Shown here: positions 35,975 to 46,018 of the stretch, in pieces
Layout of the letters: each line of letters begins with the position of its first letter
How positions within the stretch are numbered: the stretch's first letter is position 1
Assembly: GCA_963664225.1 (NCBI GenBank)
Contig: OY760937.1
Span: 3,872,001-3,936,000 of the forward strand
Direction of reading: 5' to 3'
Source: Verrucomicrobiia bacterium
GTDB lineage: Bacteria > Verrucomicrobiota > Verrucomicrobiia > Limisphaerales > UBA1319
Length of the DNA stretch: 64,000 bases
The notes under the pieces: generated by a model
The model's database searches: none
Told to the model about the DNA's origin: nothing
Seen by the model: the letters and a program-made list of their open reading frames with translations, nothing else
Program-made: the position numbers and the translations under genes

Positions 35975-38900
35975 ATGCAAACAGCTAGAAATCAAACTCG
36001 AACGCCTGGATCAAAATTCCTGGCAACAGCAACAGCGGGATGGGCCGCTGCATGCCTGATGCTTGGCGGCAGCGCCGCACAAGCGCAAAGCACGATCGCC
36101 AACGTTTACCCGAATGGCACAGTGCAGTTTCAGTCAACAAACTCGCTCTCCTTCACCGCCAGCTCTCCTGCCGGGGTGACGGACGTCACCGTGGAGTTGA
36201 CGGGAACGAAAATGACCGGACAGACTTCACTCAAGGTCCTGAACCTGGCGGGCGGATTGACCGCCACCGGTGAAAGCACCAACAAAAGTGTGAGCGCGCC
36301 CCTGAGCGCCAACATGCGCTATTCGGCGAATATTCAAGTGACCGATGCGGCCGGCGCCAAAACCAATTCCATTGTAAAATTCGACACCATTGCGCCGTCG
36401 TACACATGGGAAGCCGAGGACTACAACTACGATTCCGGGAAATATTTCGATAACCCCCAGACCAACGCGTATCAGAATCTGGCGGCTGTCGGCGGAGTTG
36501 ACGCGTATAATACCGATGGCGGTAGTTCATACCGGCCGGTGGGCACGAGTGCCGCCCCGGGCGGATTGTCAACGGAAGGTTGCGGTGACATCCCTCGCGC
36601 TCAATACGTAAACGCAGGGCTGACTGACTACGATGTCGGTTACACCTCTTCCGGCGATTGGGCTTATTACACCAGGACCTTCCCCCGAGGAACGTATAAC
36701 ATCTATATCAGGGCCTCCAATCCCAACGGCAACAGCACGGACACCATTGAAATCGCAAGTCCGGTTGAAGGACGCTTCAATGTTCCCAGCACAGGCGGCT
36801 GGCAGACTTATACCTGGGTGCCCATGGTGGATTCCTACGGCAATTATGTGGAGTTTGTATCCGATGGCAGCGTGCAGACCATGCTGGTTTCGACCATGGC
36901 GGGAACTTATAATGCGAACTTCTTCATGCTCCTGCCGGCCATTACGCCGGTCACGACGGTGTCTGATGCAACCCTGTCCAACATGTATCCCGATGGTTTG
37001 TATCAGTTCCAGGCGACCAATAAATTCGTGTTCACGGTGGATTCCACGCTGGGTGTGAATGCCAGCGATATCGTCATTCAATTGTCGGCGACCAATTTGA
37101 CGGGACAGGGCACGTCAACGCTGTTGACCTCGGGTAGCGGCCTGACCGTTGCCGGTTCCGCCACCAGCCGGACGGTGAGCACCGCATTGACCAGCAACAC
37201 GGTTTATCATGCGTTCATTCAAATCACGGATGCGAATGGCAATCCCTTCACGACCAACGTGGTTTTCGACACGATTACGGCCGACTATACTTGGGAAGCC
37301 GAGGATTGGGATTATGACAGCGGCAAATTCATCGATAATCCCCAGGTCAATGGTTACACCCTGCTGGATGGCGTGGAGACCATCGATTTTGCGCGGCCCG
37401 TGACGGGCGGCGGCAACTCTTACTCGCGGCTTGGGCTGGCGACTGAAAACGCGAATGATGTGGCGCGGTTGAGCCATGAAGGTTTTCAGGATTACGACAT
37501 CGGCAACAACGGTGGCGGCAATTGGGTGAACTACACCCGGACCTGGCCGGCGGGCAACTATAACATCTTTATTCGCGTGGCCAACGGCAACAGCGGCATG
37601 ACCCTGGAGTCAGGCAGCCTGTCTTTGGTGACGAGCGGGGTTGGCACAGCCAATCAGGCCCTCACAAAATTGGGCACCTATAACAGTCCCGGCACGGGTG
37701 GCTGGCAGGCCTATCTCTGGCAGGCCGTCCGCGATTCCGGTGGCAATCTGGTGGTATTTAGCGGAGGCTCGGTCAAGACCTTGAGGCACACTGTCGTTAA
37801 CGGCAATGGCAATCAGGGCTTTTACATGCTCGTTAAGGCGGACGAACAGGTTCACACACTGCCCGTCGCCAATAACTTCGTGCCGGATGGGACAGCGATG
37901 TTCCAACCCACGAACAAGTTGAGCTTCACGGTGAATTCGGCGGCTGGCATTTCCACCAACGATGTCGTGCTGACATTGAATGGAGTCAAGGCGGTCGGCA
38001 TGGTTTTCACCGGTTCGGCCAATTCCTGGAACGTCACCTGTCCGGTGGGGATGAATGCGGCCTACCGCGTTTTGCTGACACTCAAGGACAACTATGGTTC
38101 CAGCACCAACAAGTATGAGTTTGCCACATTCGATCCTTCGAAGACCTATATTTTCGAGGCCGAGGATTATGACTATTACAGCGGCCAATTCATCGACAAT
38201 CCGCAGGTCAATGGATACGCCGGTCTGGATGCCACTCCGGAGATCGACACCCATACCGTCGCGGGCAACTTCGACGGCACGCATGTGCCTTATCGCTTCA
38301 CCGGCCTGAACCAGGAGAATGCGAGCGACATCTTCACCGCTCCAGGACACGCGGGTTTTCAAAACTACGATCTGGGCAATACGGCTGCCGGCAACTGGGG
38401 CAACTACACCAGGACGTATCCCGCCGGGACGTATAACATCTACATGCGTGCGGCCAACGGTAACACCGGAAATTCCACCGGTGGCAGCATGGAACTCGTG
38501 ACCAGCGGCCTCGGAACGGCCAATCAAACGACGACCGTGCTTGGCAACTTCGAAACCGTTCCCGCGACCGGCGGCTGGCAGGCTTACACCTGGGTGGCCT
38601 TGAGAGACAACGGCGGCAACCTGGTCAAGTTCACGGGCGGTTCGGTTAAAACCCTCCGTGCGATTTGCGGCGGCGGGCAGAACATGGACTACTATGCGTT
38701 GGTTCCGGAAGATCCCACCATGCCGGTTCTCAGCGGCCTCTATCCGGACGGCTCCGCCATGTTCCAACAGACGAACACCTTGAGCTTTGTCGCGGCGTCC
38801 CCAGCCGGCATCGATTCCAGCAGCATCGCCCTGACCTTGAACGGCGTCGTTGCGACCAACCTCGTGATCACGGGATCATCGACCAGCTGGAATGTCAGCT

Positions 38901-39781
38901 ATCCGAACCTGACGAGCAACTCGGTCTATAACGCCAACATTTACTTCTACACGAAGAATGGCGCCGTGGTCTCCAAGAGCTTCAGTTTCGACACGTTCTC
39001 GTCTGCCAACTACACCTGGGAAGCCGAGGATTTCAATTATGACAACGGCAAATTCATCGATAATCCGCAGACCAATGCGTATAGCGGTTTGATCGCTGTG
39101 GATCTGGTCGATGCGCACAATACCGGTGGCAATGCCACATACCGGCCGGTGGGCACGACCGCCGCCCCGGGCGGTCTGGGAACGGAGGCCACCGGTGATG
39201 TTCCTCGCGCTGCATACATCGGCACCGGTAAGACGGACTACAATGTCGGTTGGAATGCTTCCAATAACTGGGCGAATTACACCCGGACGTTCCCCAAAGG
39301 AACGTTTAACATCTATATGCGGGCCGCCAATCCCAACGCTTCCAGCACGGATACTGCGGAAATCTCAGGTCCTGTCAGCGGACGCTTCAACGTTCCCGCC
39401 ACTGGCGGCTGGCAGACTTATACCATGGTGCCCCTGGTGGACGCCGACGGCAAGGCGGTTGTGTTCACAGCCGATGGCAGCGCGCAGACCCTCAAGATCG
39501 CGACCATGGTTGGCACCTATAACGCGAACTTCTACATGCTGGTGCCAGCCACAGCGACAGTCATCACCGCACCGGTGCTGACGGTGTCGCGCAGCAGCGG
39601 CAACATCGCCATTGCCTTCCCCACGAAGGCAGGCGCCAACTACCAGTTGGAATACAAGAATCAACTCAACGATGACAGTTGGACCTCGGTTGGCAATGTG
39701 GTGGCCGGCAATGATGCCGTCCAGTCCGTCACCGACCCGATTGGCACCGCGAATCGCTTTTACCGCGTGCGTATTCAGTAG
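35975..39781 (+). CDS. large secreted protein with four Ig-like plus CBM6-like modules and a C-terminal FYRV-type domain
   Basis: signal peptide; 4x '(W/F)EAED...DNPQ.N...W..YTR..P.G.YNI..R...TGGWQ.Y'; ends 'NRFYRVRIQ'. Confidence 0.8.
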   Translation: MQTARNQTRTPGSKFLATATAGWAAACLMLGGSAAQAQSTIANVYPNGTVQFQSTNSLSFTASSPAGVTDVTVELTGTKMTGQTSLKVLNLAGGLTATGESTNKSVSAPLSANMRYSANIQVTDAAGAKTNSIVKFDTIAPSYTWEAEDYNYDSGKYFDNPQTNAYQNLAAVGGVDAYNTDGGSSYRPVGTSAAPGGLSTEGCGDIPRAQYVNAGLTDYDVGYTSSGDWAYYTRTFPRGTYNIYIRASNPNGNSTDTIEIASPVEGRFNVPSTGGWQTYTWVPMVDSYGNYVEFVSDGSVQTMLVSTMAGTYNANFFMLLPAITPVTTVSDATLSNMYPDGLYQFQATNKFVFTVDSTLGVNASDIVIQLSATNLTGQGTSTLLTSGSGLTVAGSATSRTVSTALTSNTVYHAFIQITDANGNPFTTNVVFDTITADYTWEAEDWDYDSGKFIDNPQVNGYTLLDGVETIDFARPVTGGGNSYSRLGLATENANDVARLSHEGFQDYDIGNNGGGNWVNYTRTWPAGNYNIFIRVANGNSGMTLESGSLSLVTSGVGTANQALTKLGTYNSPGTGGWQAYLWQAVRDSGGNLVVFSGGSVKTLRHTVVNGNGNQGFYMLVKADEQVHTLPVANNFVPDGTAMFQPTNKLSFTVNSAAGISTNDVVLTLNGVKAVGMVFTGSANSWNVTCPVGMNAAYRVLLTLKDNYGSSTNKYEFATFDPSKTYIFEAEDYDYYSGQFIDNPQVNGYAGLDATPEIDTHTVAGNFDGTHVPYRFTGLNQENASDIFTAPGHAGFQNYDLGNTAAGNWGNYTRTYPAGTYNIYMRAANGNTGNSTGGSMELVTSGLGTANQTTTVLGNFETVPATGGWQAYTWVALRDNGGNLVKFTGGSVKTLRAICGGGQNMDYYALVPEDPTMPVLSGLYPDGSAMFQQTNTLSFVAASPAGIDSSSIALTLNGVVATNLVITGSSTSWNVSYPNLTSNSVYNANIYFYTKNGAVVSKSFSFDTFSSANYTWEAEDFNYDNGKFIDNPQTNAYSGLIAVDLVDAHNTGGNATYRPVGTTAAPGGLGTEATGDVPRAAYIGTGKTDYNVGWNASNNWANYTRTFPKGTFNIYMRAANPNASSTDTAEISGPVSGRFNVPATGGWQTYTMVPLVDADGKAVVFTADGSAQTLKIATMVGTYNANFYMLVPATATVITAPVLTVSRSSGNIAIAFPTKAGANYQLEYKNQLNDDSWTSVGNVVAGNDAVQSVTDPIGTANRFYRVRIQ

Positions 39782-39811
39782 AGCATAAGGTAAGAACAGG
39801 AACCATCGATT

Positions 39812-39852
39812 TCCAGCAGTCGGCGCGTGTCGGCTGCTGGATTTCGTTTTTT
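39812..39852 (+). terminator. rho-independent terminator
   Basis: TCCAGCAGTCG...CGGCTGCTGGA hairpin followed by a T-rich tract. Confidence 0.75.
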
Positions 39853-39869
39853 ATGGGCAGAGAAATCAG

Positions 39870-39998
39870 CATGGATGGACAGGATGAACAGGATTTTTAA
39901 CCACGGATAAGACGGATGGCGCGGATGAGGGAGGACATGGATAATGGACAATTGAAAATGGAAAATTAACATGGACGGACAGGATGGACAGGATGGGG
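39870..39998 (+). repeat. concatenated 9-nt and 7-nt short-repeat blocks
   Basis: CATGGATGGACAGGATGAACAGGAT; CACGGATAAGACGGATGGCGCGGAT; ATGGATAATGGACAATTGAAAATGGAAAAT; CATGGACGGACAGGATGGACAGGAT. Confidence 0.8.
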
Positions 39999-40149
39999 AG
40001 TGGATAAGAAGGGGGAACAGCCAACAGCGAGGGCGGGAGGAAAAGCGCGATCGATTTTTTGGGCCGACTGGGTTCATAATTTAATTGTTTCGCTGGTCGA
40101 AGCAGGTTCTAATCGGTCGCAATTCCACAAGACAAAAAGAGAGCACCAT

Positions 40150-40950
40150 ATGAAAAGAAGAGATTTTCTAAAAACATCGGTTGCCGTTTCGGCCCTGGCC
40201 GGGATCAGTCCGTTCAGTTTGACTGGCAAGGCTGCTGAATCAGGCAAGCCAGCCCAGGAGTATTATGAGATGCGGTTGTATCATCTCAAGAGCGCCACGG
40301 ATCGCGGGCTGCTCGATGGATACCTGGAGAAGGCGGCGATTCCGGCCTTGAATCGACTCGGCATCAAGCCGGTGGGCGTATTCTCCGAGATCGAACCCAA
40401 AGAAGGATTTGGCATCTATGTGGTGATTCCCCATGCCACGCTGGAGAGTTACGCCACCGCGACCGCGCGGTTGAACGCCGACGCCGAGTATCTCAAGGCC
40501 GGGGCGGAGTATCTTCAAACGCCGAAATCCAATCCGGGTTTTGCACGCATCGACAGTTGGTTGATGCTGGCCTTTGCGGGGCTTCCCAAAATCGAGCTTC
40601 CGTCTTATTGCCAGGAAAAGAAGGCGCGGATTTTCGAGTTGCGCACGTATGAGAGTCACAGCGAGGTGAAGGCGCAGAACAAGGTGGATATGTTCAACGC
40701 CGGTGAAATCGATGTGATGCGCGAGGTGGGTTTGGGGCCGATATTTTATGGACAAGCCCTCATCGGCCGGGATTTGCCGCATCTGACCTATATGACCTCG
40801 GGTGAAAATCTGGAGGCTCATAAGAAGCATTGGGGCGCCTTTGGCGGTCATGCCGTGTGGAAAAAGCTCAGTGGCGACAAGCAATACGCCGACAATGTGT
40901 CCAAGATCACGAGCCGCATGATGGAGCCCGCTCCGTATTCGCAGATTTGA
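40150..40950 (+). CDS. NIPSNAP family protein with Tat signal
   Basis: 'MKRRDFLK'; 'YYEMRLY' and 'IFELRTYES' NIPSNAP repeats; ends 'PYSQI'. Confidence 0.88.
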   Translation: MKRRDFLKTSVAVSALAGISPFSLTGKAAESGKPAQEYYEMRLYHLKSATDRGLLDGYLEKAAIPALNRLGIKPVGVFSEIEPKEGFGIYVVIPHATLESYATATARLNADAEYLKAGAEYLQTPKSNPGFARIDSWLMLAFAGLPKIELPSYCQEKKARIFELRTYESHSEVKAQNKVDMFNAGEIDVMREVGLGPIFYGQALIGRDLPHLTYMTSGENLEAHKKHWGAFGGHAVWKKLSGDKQYADNVSKITSRMMEPAPYSQI

Positions 40951-41011
40951 TCTGAGGAGCTTTGAAGGCTCGGGTGTCCACGCTCTTAAGAGCGGAGGAT
41001 GAGTTTTTATT

Positions 41012-41053
41012 AACCCAGCGTTGCCGCGGTGAGAGCGGTTGGCGCTGGGTTTA
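41012..41053. terminator. long hairpin between convergent genes
   Basis: AACCCAGCG...CGCTGGGTT stem. Confidence 0.55.
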
Positions 41054-41252
41054 ATTCGTGAAGGAAAGGGGACAGGATAAAGGAAAGAGAAAGAGTTCAA
41101 CCACGAAACACGCGAAATACGCGAAAAGGGGAGAACTGAAGGAAATTAGACAGGATGTCAGGATCGACAGGATTGGGAAGGACGCCAAGGAGGAACCATG
41201 AAACATGCCTCGTGGCCCATGGTGAATCGCGAAGGAAAACGGGCCTTTTGAG

Positions 41253-42791
41253 TCAGCGTTTGGTTAAGTCCCGCACGGCGCGGCCAGCGGCGCTGAGATT
41301 TGCCAGTTTCATTTCGGAATACTTTCGCGAGAGGATGATCCCCTGCGCGCCCGCCTTCAATGCAGCCAGGGTGGCGGCGTAACTGTCGTCGGGGGACGCC
41401 TGGCGCGAGTTTTTGCCGGTGGGGATGCCGATGTCGATGCCGGGCAGGATGCGGCATTTGCCCTGAACACCCGCCAGGGCGCGCTGGGTTTCGCGGGCCA
41501 CGTAATCCGGCGACAGACCGGCCGCAGCCAGGTTGTCGAGATTCGCTTCGTCACCGTAATTGAGCAGGTGGTTGTTGAAGCGAAGCAATTCATCGCGCGG
41601 GACATCCCGAAAGACAGTGGAGCCGACGTTGCGAATGAAGTTGGCGTAGCGTTCGCCGCCGCAGTTGTTATAGACGACCACCTTCAGAAAGTCCGCCTGG
41701 GCGGCGAGGTCCTCGTAGCGGCGTGTGGCGCGGAATATGGGGTTGAACGAGTTGACGTGCTCGATGTGAAAGCCGACCTGCAAATCCTTGCGAACGGCTT
41801 TGACCGCGGCCCGGACCTCCGCAAGGACCTGGTGCTTGCCGATGTCGAACAAGCGATCCCAGGCGATGATTTCGGGCCAGTCCACAAGCAAGCGCCAGAA
41901 TTCCACAAAATAGCCATCGCTGGGTCGGCGGCCTTTGAGTGAGGCCTGCACGAATTCATCCAGTTTTTGATAACCCTGGCGGGCCCGGGCAAAATCAATT
42001 CCGTGCTCGCGCGCGGCCCGTTGGTGGTGCTCGCAAAAGCAGGTGACGCGTGAAGAAGCGATGCTCTGGGCGTGACTGGCTCCGAGCGCATTGAGCAAAG
42101 GGCCGTTTCGTTCGTTAAAGAACAAAATTCCGTCGATGTCGTAGGACTTGGTAAGATCGGTGGCCAGGCCGGACCAAAACGCACGAACGTCCGGGTGAAA
42201 GAGACACAGCGAACCCGCCTTGCGGCCCAGCAAATCGACTTCGACGACTTCCTGAACACCGGGGACATCCGTGCGGAAGACGTCTTCAATGGAACAAAAG
42301 AGCTTCATACCGCGTTTCCGGGCCTCGGGCAGGACAGCGGCGACGATGTCGAGATCGCCATGGTCGGGCGCGCGGGTCTGTTTGAGCACGGTATTGCGAT
42401 AGAACTCCGGGTGCGGTGTGGCATAGTTGCCCCCGTGAAAGGTTTTCTCGTCAGACTCCTGTGAGCCGTGGTCGGGAAAAGGCTGGCCTGGAATCTGGCG
42501 ACCGGCCAGGCCGCGGCCGTAGGTGAACGTGGTCAGGAAGATCGTGTTCACGGCGGCGCGCTCCTGGAGAATATCGAGAACGGGGCCCACGCCTTCGTCC
42601 ACGAACGAGACGGCTCCCACTTGCATCCCGATCATTTTATCAGGCTCCGGGGATTCGCTGGCGCGAAGCGGACCGAGGCCGGTTACGGCCAGAGTGGTGA
42701 GGGCGGCGGTGTTCTTCACAAAGTCCCGGCGCGAGATGACGCTGTTGCCGATGTTGGATGGGGTTGCGTTCACAAACAAGAGCTTAGCCAT
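41253..42791 (-). CDS. Tat-exported hypothetical protein, possibly a glycoside-hydrolase-like TIM barrel
   Basis: 'SRRDFVK' Tat motif; 'CLFHPDVRAF...YDIDGILF', 'CFCEHH' as seen in GHL10/GH42-like barrels; start may be GTG 42773. Confidence 0.65.
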   Translation of the reverse strand: MAKLLFVNATPSNIGNSVISRRDFVKNTAALTTLAVTGLGPLRASESPEPDKMIGMQVGAVSFVDEGVGPVLDILQERAAVNTIFLTTFTYGRGLAGRQIPGQPFPDHGSQESDEKTFHGGNYATPHPEFYRNTVLKQTRAPDHGDLDIVAAVLPEARKRGMKLFCSIEDVFRTDVPGVQEVVEVDLLGRKAGSLCLFHPDVRAFWSGLATDLTKSYDIDGILFFNERNGPLLNALGASHAQSIASSRVTCFCEHHQRAAREHGIDFARARQGYQKLDEFVQASLKGRRPSDGYFVEFWRLLVDWPEIIAWDRLFDIGKHQVLAEVRAAVKAVRKDLQVGFHIEHVNSFNPIFRATRRYEDLAAQADFLKVVVYNNCGGERYANFIRNVGSTVFRDVPRDELLRFNNHLLNYGDEANLDNLAAAGLSPDYVARETQRALAGVQGKCRILPGIDIGIPTGKNSRQASPDDSYAATLAALKAGAQGIILSRKYSEMKLANLSAAGRAVRDLTKR

Positions 42792-42979
42792 GTGATCGCA
42801 GCCCGTCAAATACGGGCGCAGCCCGGCGTTGGGGAAATATTGGCCGGAAGTGGGGGGGGTGAGGATTGGTGATTGGGGATTGCGTCGTTCGGACACCGCT
42901 GCCAAGGCTGGCTCCCGGCCTGTTCCATTTGCAACCGCCTGACCCTGTCATGCACCCGGATGCGCAATTCGTCGATTTG

Positions 42980-43217
42980 ATTCAACGCTTACAGCGTAGA
43001 AGATTTCTGGGGCGGCGATGACCCCGGGTAGCCCTCGGCGGGCAACCCGGGGCTGAGTGATTTTCATTCCTTCGGAATGAACCGGAAAGAAGGTGTCTCC
43101 GTGCTCATGGGACGTTGCGTGAGGGCGAGCAGCCTGCAACACGAAAAGCACGCGACGGACCCCATCCGCGCCCGCCTATTATCGGCGAAGATGGCTCGGC
43201 AGGAGCCTCGCCCTACC
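42980..43217. repeat. REP-like palindromes
   Basis: ACGCT-TAC-AGCGT, CCCCGGGT...ACCCGGGG, CATTCC-TTC-GGAATG (same architecture as the 282-bp array module) and GTAG-type GGCTCGGCAGGAGCCTCGCCCTACC (43193-43217). Confidence 0.7.
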
Positions 43218-43398
43218 AGGAGGCCGCTTCCGGCGTCTTCAGCGCATTCGTCCAGTTTCGGCTTTTACCAACTTCCTGAATTTTGTCCCGCACCCTGGGC
43301 TTTTCGGGGCGTGGAAATATTGCTGGCCAGCGACGGTTGGCCGGGTATGATCGGCGCTGTTCACACACTTGCAGCGACGACAAACACGGAAAAAATTT

Positions 43399-44034
43399 AT
43401 GCAAGACTGGAAGCAGCTATACGATGCGGTGCTTGATGGCAATGCAACCGCCGCGAAAACCGTAACCGAGCAGGCACTGGCCGACGGAATTGACCCGCAA
43501 ACGCTGGTCGCTCAATACATGATCCCGGCGATGGACGAGGCCGGCCGGAGGTTTGAATGTAACGATTATTTTGTGCCCGAGCTGCTCATCGCGGCGCGCG
43601 CCATGAAGGCCTCGCTCGAATTGATCCGTCCGCTGTTGTCCGCCCGTGGGGACAAACCGACAGGCAAGGTGGTCATTGGAACCGTCAAAGGGGATTTGCA
43701 CGACATTGGCAAGAACCTGGTGGCGGCGATGCTGGAGGGGGGCGGTTTCGAAGTCACGGACCTGGGCGTGGATGTGTCGCCGGAGAAATTTGTGGCGATG
43801 GCACGCGAGAAAAAGGCCGATATCATTGCGCTTTCGGCGTTGCTGACCACGACGATGCCGTCCATGCGGGCGACGATCGAGGCGGTGAAAGACGCGGGCT
43901 TGCGGGAGAATATCAAGATCATGATCGGCGGCGCGCCTGTGACGCAGAAATATGCGGAGGAAATCGGCGCCGACGGATTCAGTGAAAACGCGGCTGGCGC
44001 GGTTCACATGGCGCGCAAGCTGGTGGCCGTGTAA
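43399..44034 (+). CDS. corrinoid (B12-binding) protein, MetH cap plus cobalamin-binding domain
   Basis: 'F.PELLIAARAM', DLHDIGKN (DxHxxG), 'SALLTTT', 'IGGAP'. Confidence 0.93.
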   Translation: MQDWKQLYDAVLDGNATAAKTVTEQALADGIDPQTLVAQYMIPAMDEAGRRFECNDYFVPELLIAARAMKASLELIRPLLSARGDKPTGKVVIGTVKGDLHDIGKNLVAAMLEGGGFEVTDLGVDVSPEKFVAMAREKKADIIALSALLTTTMPSMRATIEAVKDAGLRENIKIMIGGAPVTQKYAEEIGADGFSENAAGAVHMARKLVAV

Positions 44035-44058
44035 CGAAAAAAGTTGAATTGGTCGCAG

Positions 44059-44925
44059 ATGAAACCTTTGATTCAAACCTTGATGGAGGGCGGTCCGGTG
44101 TTGACCGATGGGGCTTGGGGAACCCAGTTGCAGGCGAAGGGTCTGCAAGGCGGGGAGTGCCCGGACCTATGGAATCTGAGCCATCCGGAGCATGTCACGG
44201 CGGTGGCACGGGCGTATGTGTTGTCCGGGAGCCGCATTATTTTAACCAACACATTTGGCGCGAACAAGTTGCGCCTGGCGGGGTATGGACTTTCCGACCG
44301 GGCTGTGGACATCAACAAGGCGGGAGTGGCGATTTCGAAGGCGGCGGCGGGGAATCAGGCGCTTGTGTTCGCCTCGCTGGGGCCCAGCGGCAAGATGTTG
44401 ATGATGGGGGATACCACGGAAGAAGAGTTGCTGGCGGTATTCACGGAACAGGCGCGGGCGATGGCGGAGGGGGGCGCGGATGCGATCGTGGTCGAAACGA
44501 TGGCGGATTTGACTGAGACGAAGCTGGCGGTAACGGCGGCCAAGGCGACCGGTTTGCCGGTGGTGGCCTGCCTGGTGTTCGATTCCGGCAAGAACAAGGA
44601 TCGGACGATGATGGGGAACACGCCTGAGCAGGTGGCGGAGGCATTGACCGAGGCGGGAGTGGATGTGATCGGGGCCAATTGCGGGCAGGGGATCAGCGGT
44701 TACGTGGGGGTCTGTAAACGGATGCGCGCGGTGACCTCGCTGCCGTTATGGATCAAGGCCAATGCGGGTCTGCCGGAGATGGTGGCGGGTGTGCCGGTGT
44801 ATCGGACCACGGCTGGGGAGTTTGCGGATCACATGCCGGCGTTAATACATGCCGGAGCGAATTTTATTGGCGGTTGTTGCGGCACGAGTCCGGACTTCAT
44901 TGCCGCGTGCAAGACAAAGTTATGA
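44059..44925 (+). CDS. homocysteine S-methyltransferase family protein
   Basis: 'DGAWGT', 'TNTFGAN', 'VETM', GANC, 'ANAGLP', GGCCG zinc ligands. Confidence 0.92.
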   Translation: MKPLIQTLMEGGPVLTDGAWGTQLQAKGLQGGECPDLWNLSHPEHVTAVARAYVLSGSRIILTNTFGANKLRLAGYGLSDRAVDINKAGVAISKAAAGNQALVFASLGPSGKMLMMGDTTEEELLAVFTEQARAMAEGGADAIVVETMADLTETKLAVTAAKATGLPVVACLVFDSGKNKDRTMMGNTPEQVAEALTEAGVDVIGANCGQGISGYVGVCKRMRAVTSLPLWIKANAGLPEMVAGVPVYRTTAGEFADHMPALIHAGANFIGGCCGTSPDFIAACKTKL

Positions 44926-45953
44926 ATGGACGCGAACGAGTTCTGGCGATGATCGAGGGTCGGCCTTTGGACCGGCTGCCGTTGATGCCCATCACGATGA
45001 TGTATGCGGCCGACCAGATCGGCGTGAAATACGGAGCTTACGCGGCGGATCATCGGGTCATGGCGGACGCGCAGATCGCCGTTGCAGAAAAATTTGATTT
45101 GGACTTCGTGTCCACGATTTCCGATCCGGCGCGCGAAGCGGCGGATTGCGGGGCCACGGTTCAATACTTTCCCGATCAGCCCCCCGGTTTCGATGAGCAG
45201 AATTCACTGCTGGCCGATAAAAAGAAGCTGGTCTGGCTGAAAGCGCCGGATCCGTTGAGTGGAGGCCGGATGTTCGACCGGGTGCAGGGCGTCGAACTTT
45301 TAAAGAAGCGGGTGGGTCAGGACAAGCTGGTGGAGGGATGGATCGAAGGTCCCTGCGCACAAGGGGCGGACTTGCGCGGCATCAACACGCTGATGACCGA
45401 TTTCGGGGACGATCCCATTTTCGTGAACGACCTCATGGAGTTCGTGGTGGACATGGAGTTGAAGTTCGCGCGGGTGCAGGTGGAGGCGGGGGCGGATATC
45501 ATCGGAATGGGAGATGCCGCGGCGTCGCTGGTGGGGCCGCGTATTTACGAGAATGTGGTCTGGCCTTTCGAGAAGCGGATGGTGGACGCGCTGCACGCCA
45601 TGGGAACGAAAGTGCGGCTCCATATTTGCGGGAACACAAGGCGGCTGCTGGCGGCCATGGGTCGGCTGGAGTGCGATATCGTTGACCTGGACCTTGCGTC
45701 GCTGGCGGAGGGTCGCGCGCAAATGGGCGGGAAACAGATTCTGCTGGGAAACATTCATCCGGTGCATGTATTGCGAAATGGAACCGAAGCCGGGGTGACT
45801 GAGGCCATCGGGGTTTGCCACCGGGAAGCCGGGGAGAAATTTATCGTGGGCGCGGGGTGTGAAGTGCCGCGCGGCACGCCTGTGGAAAACATGATGGCGA
45901 TGACCCGCTACGCGCGGGATCATGCGCCGGGTGGTTTCGCAGGCGGAAAATGA
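44922..45953 (+). CDS. UroD-family (MtaA/CmuA-like) methyltransferase
   Basis: ATGA overlap; 'MNGRERV', 'EAGADII', LHICG, 'GNIHP', 'GAGCEVP'. Confidence 0.85.
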   Translation: MNGRERVLAMIEGRPLDRLPLMPITMMYAADQIGVKYGAYAADHRVMADAQIAVAEKFDLDFVSTISDPAREAADCGATVQYFPDQPPGFDEQNSLLADKKKLVWLKAPDPLSGGRMFDRVQGVELLKKRVGQDKLVEGWIEGPCAQGADLRGINTLMTDFGDDPIFVNDLMEFVVDMELKFARVQVEAGADIIGMGDAAASLVGPRIYENVVWPFEKRMVDALHAMGTKVRLHICGNTRRLLAAMGRLECDIVDLDLASLAEGRAQMGGKQILLGNIHPVHVLRNGTEAGVTEAIGVCHREAGEKFIVGAGCEVPRGTPVENMMAMTRYARDHAPGGFAGGK

Positions 45954-46018
45954 TGTGCGGGAAAGATTTGAGGGGTGCAACTTGCGCCTTTTGACGGCTG
46001 AGTTAATTTGATCCACTT

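Noticed and set aside
42906..43398. Cobalamin or SAM riboswitch upstream of the corrinoid genes
   Set aside because: No B12-box or SAM-I core was recognisable. The structure present is explained by REP-like palindromes.
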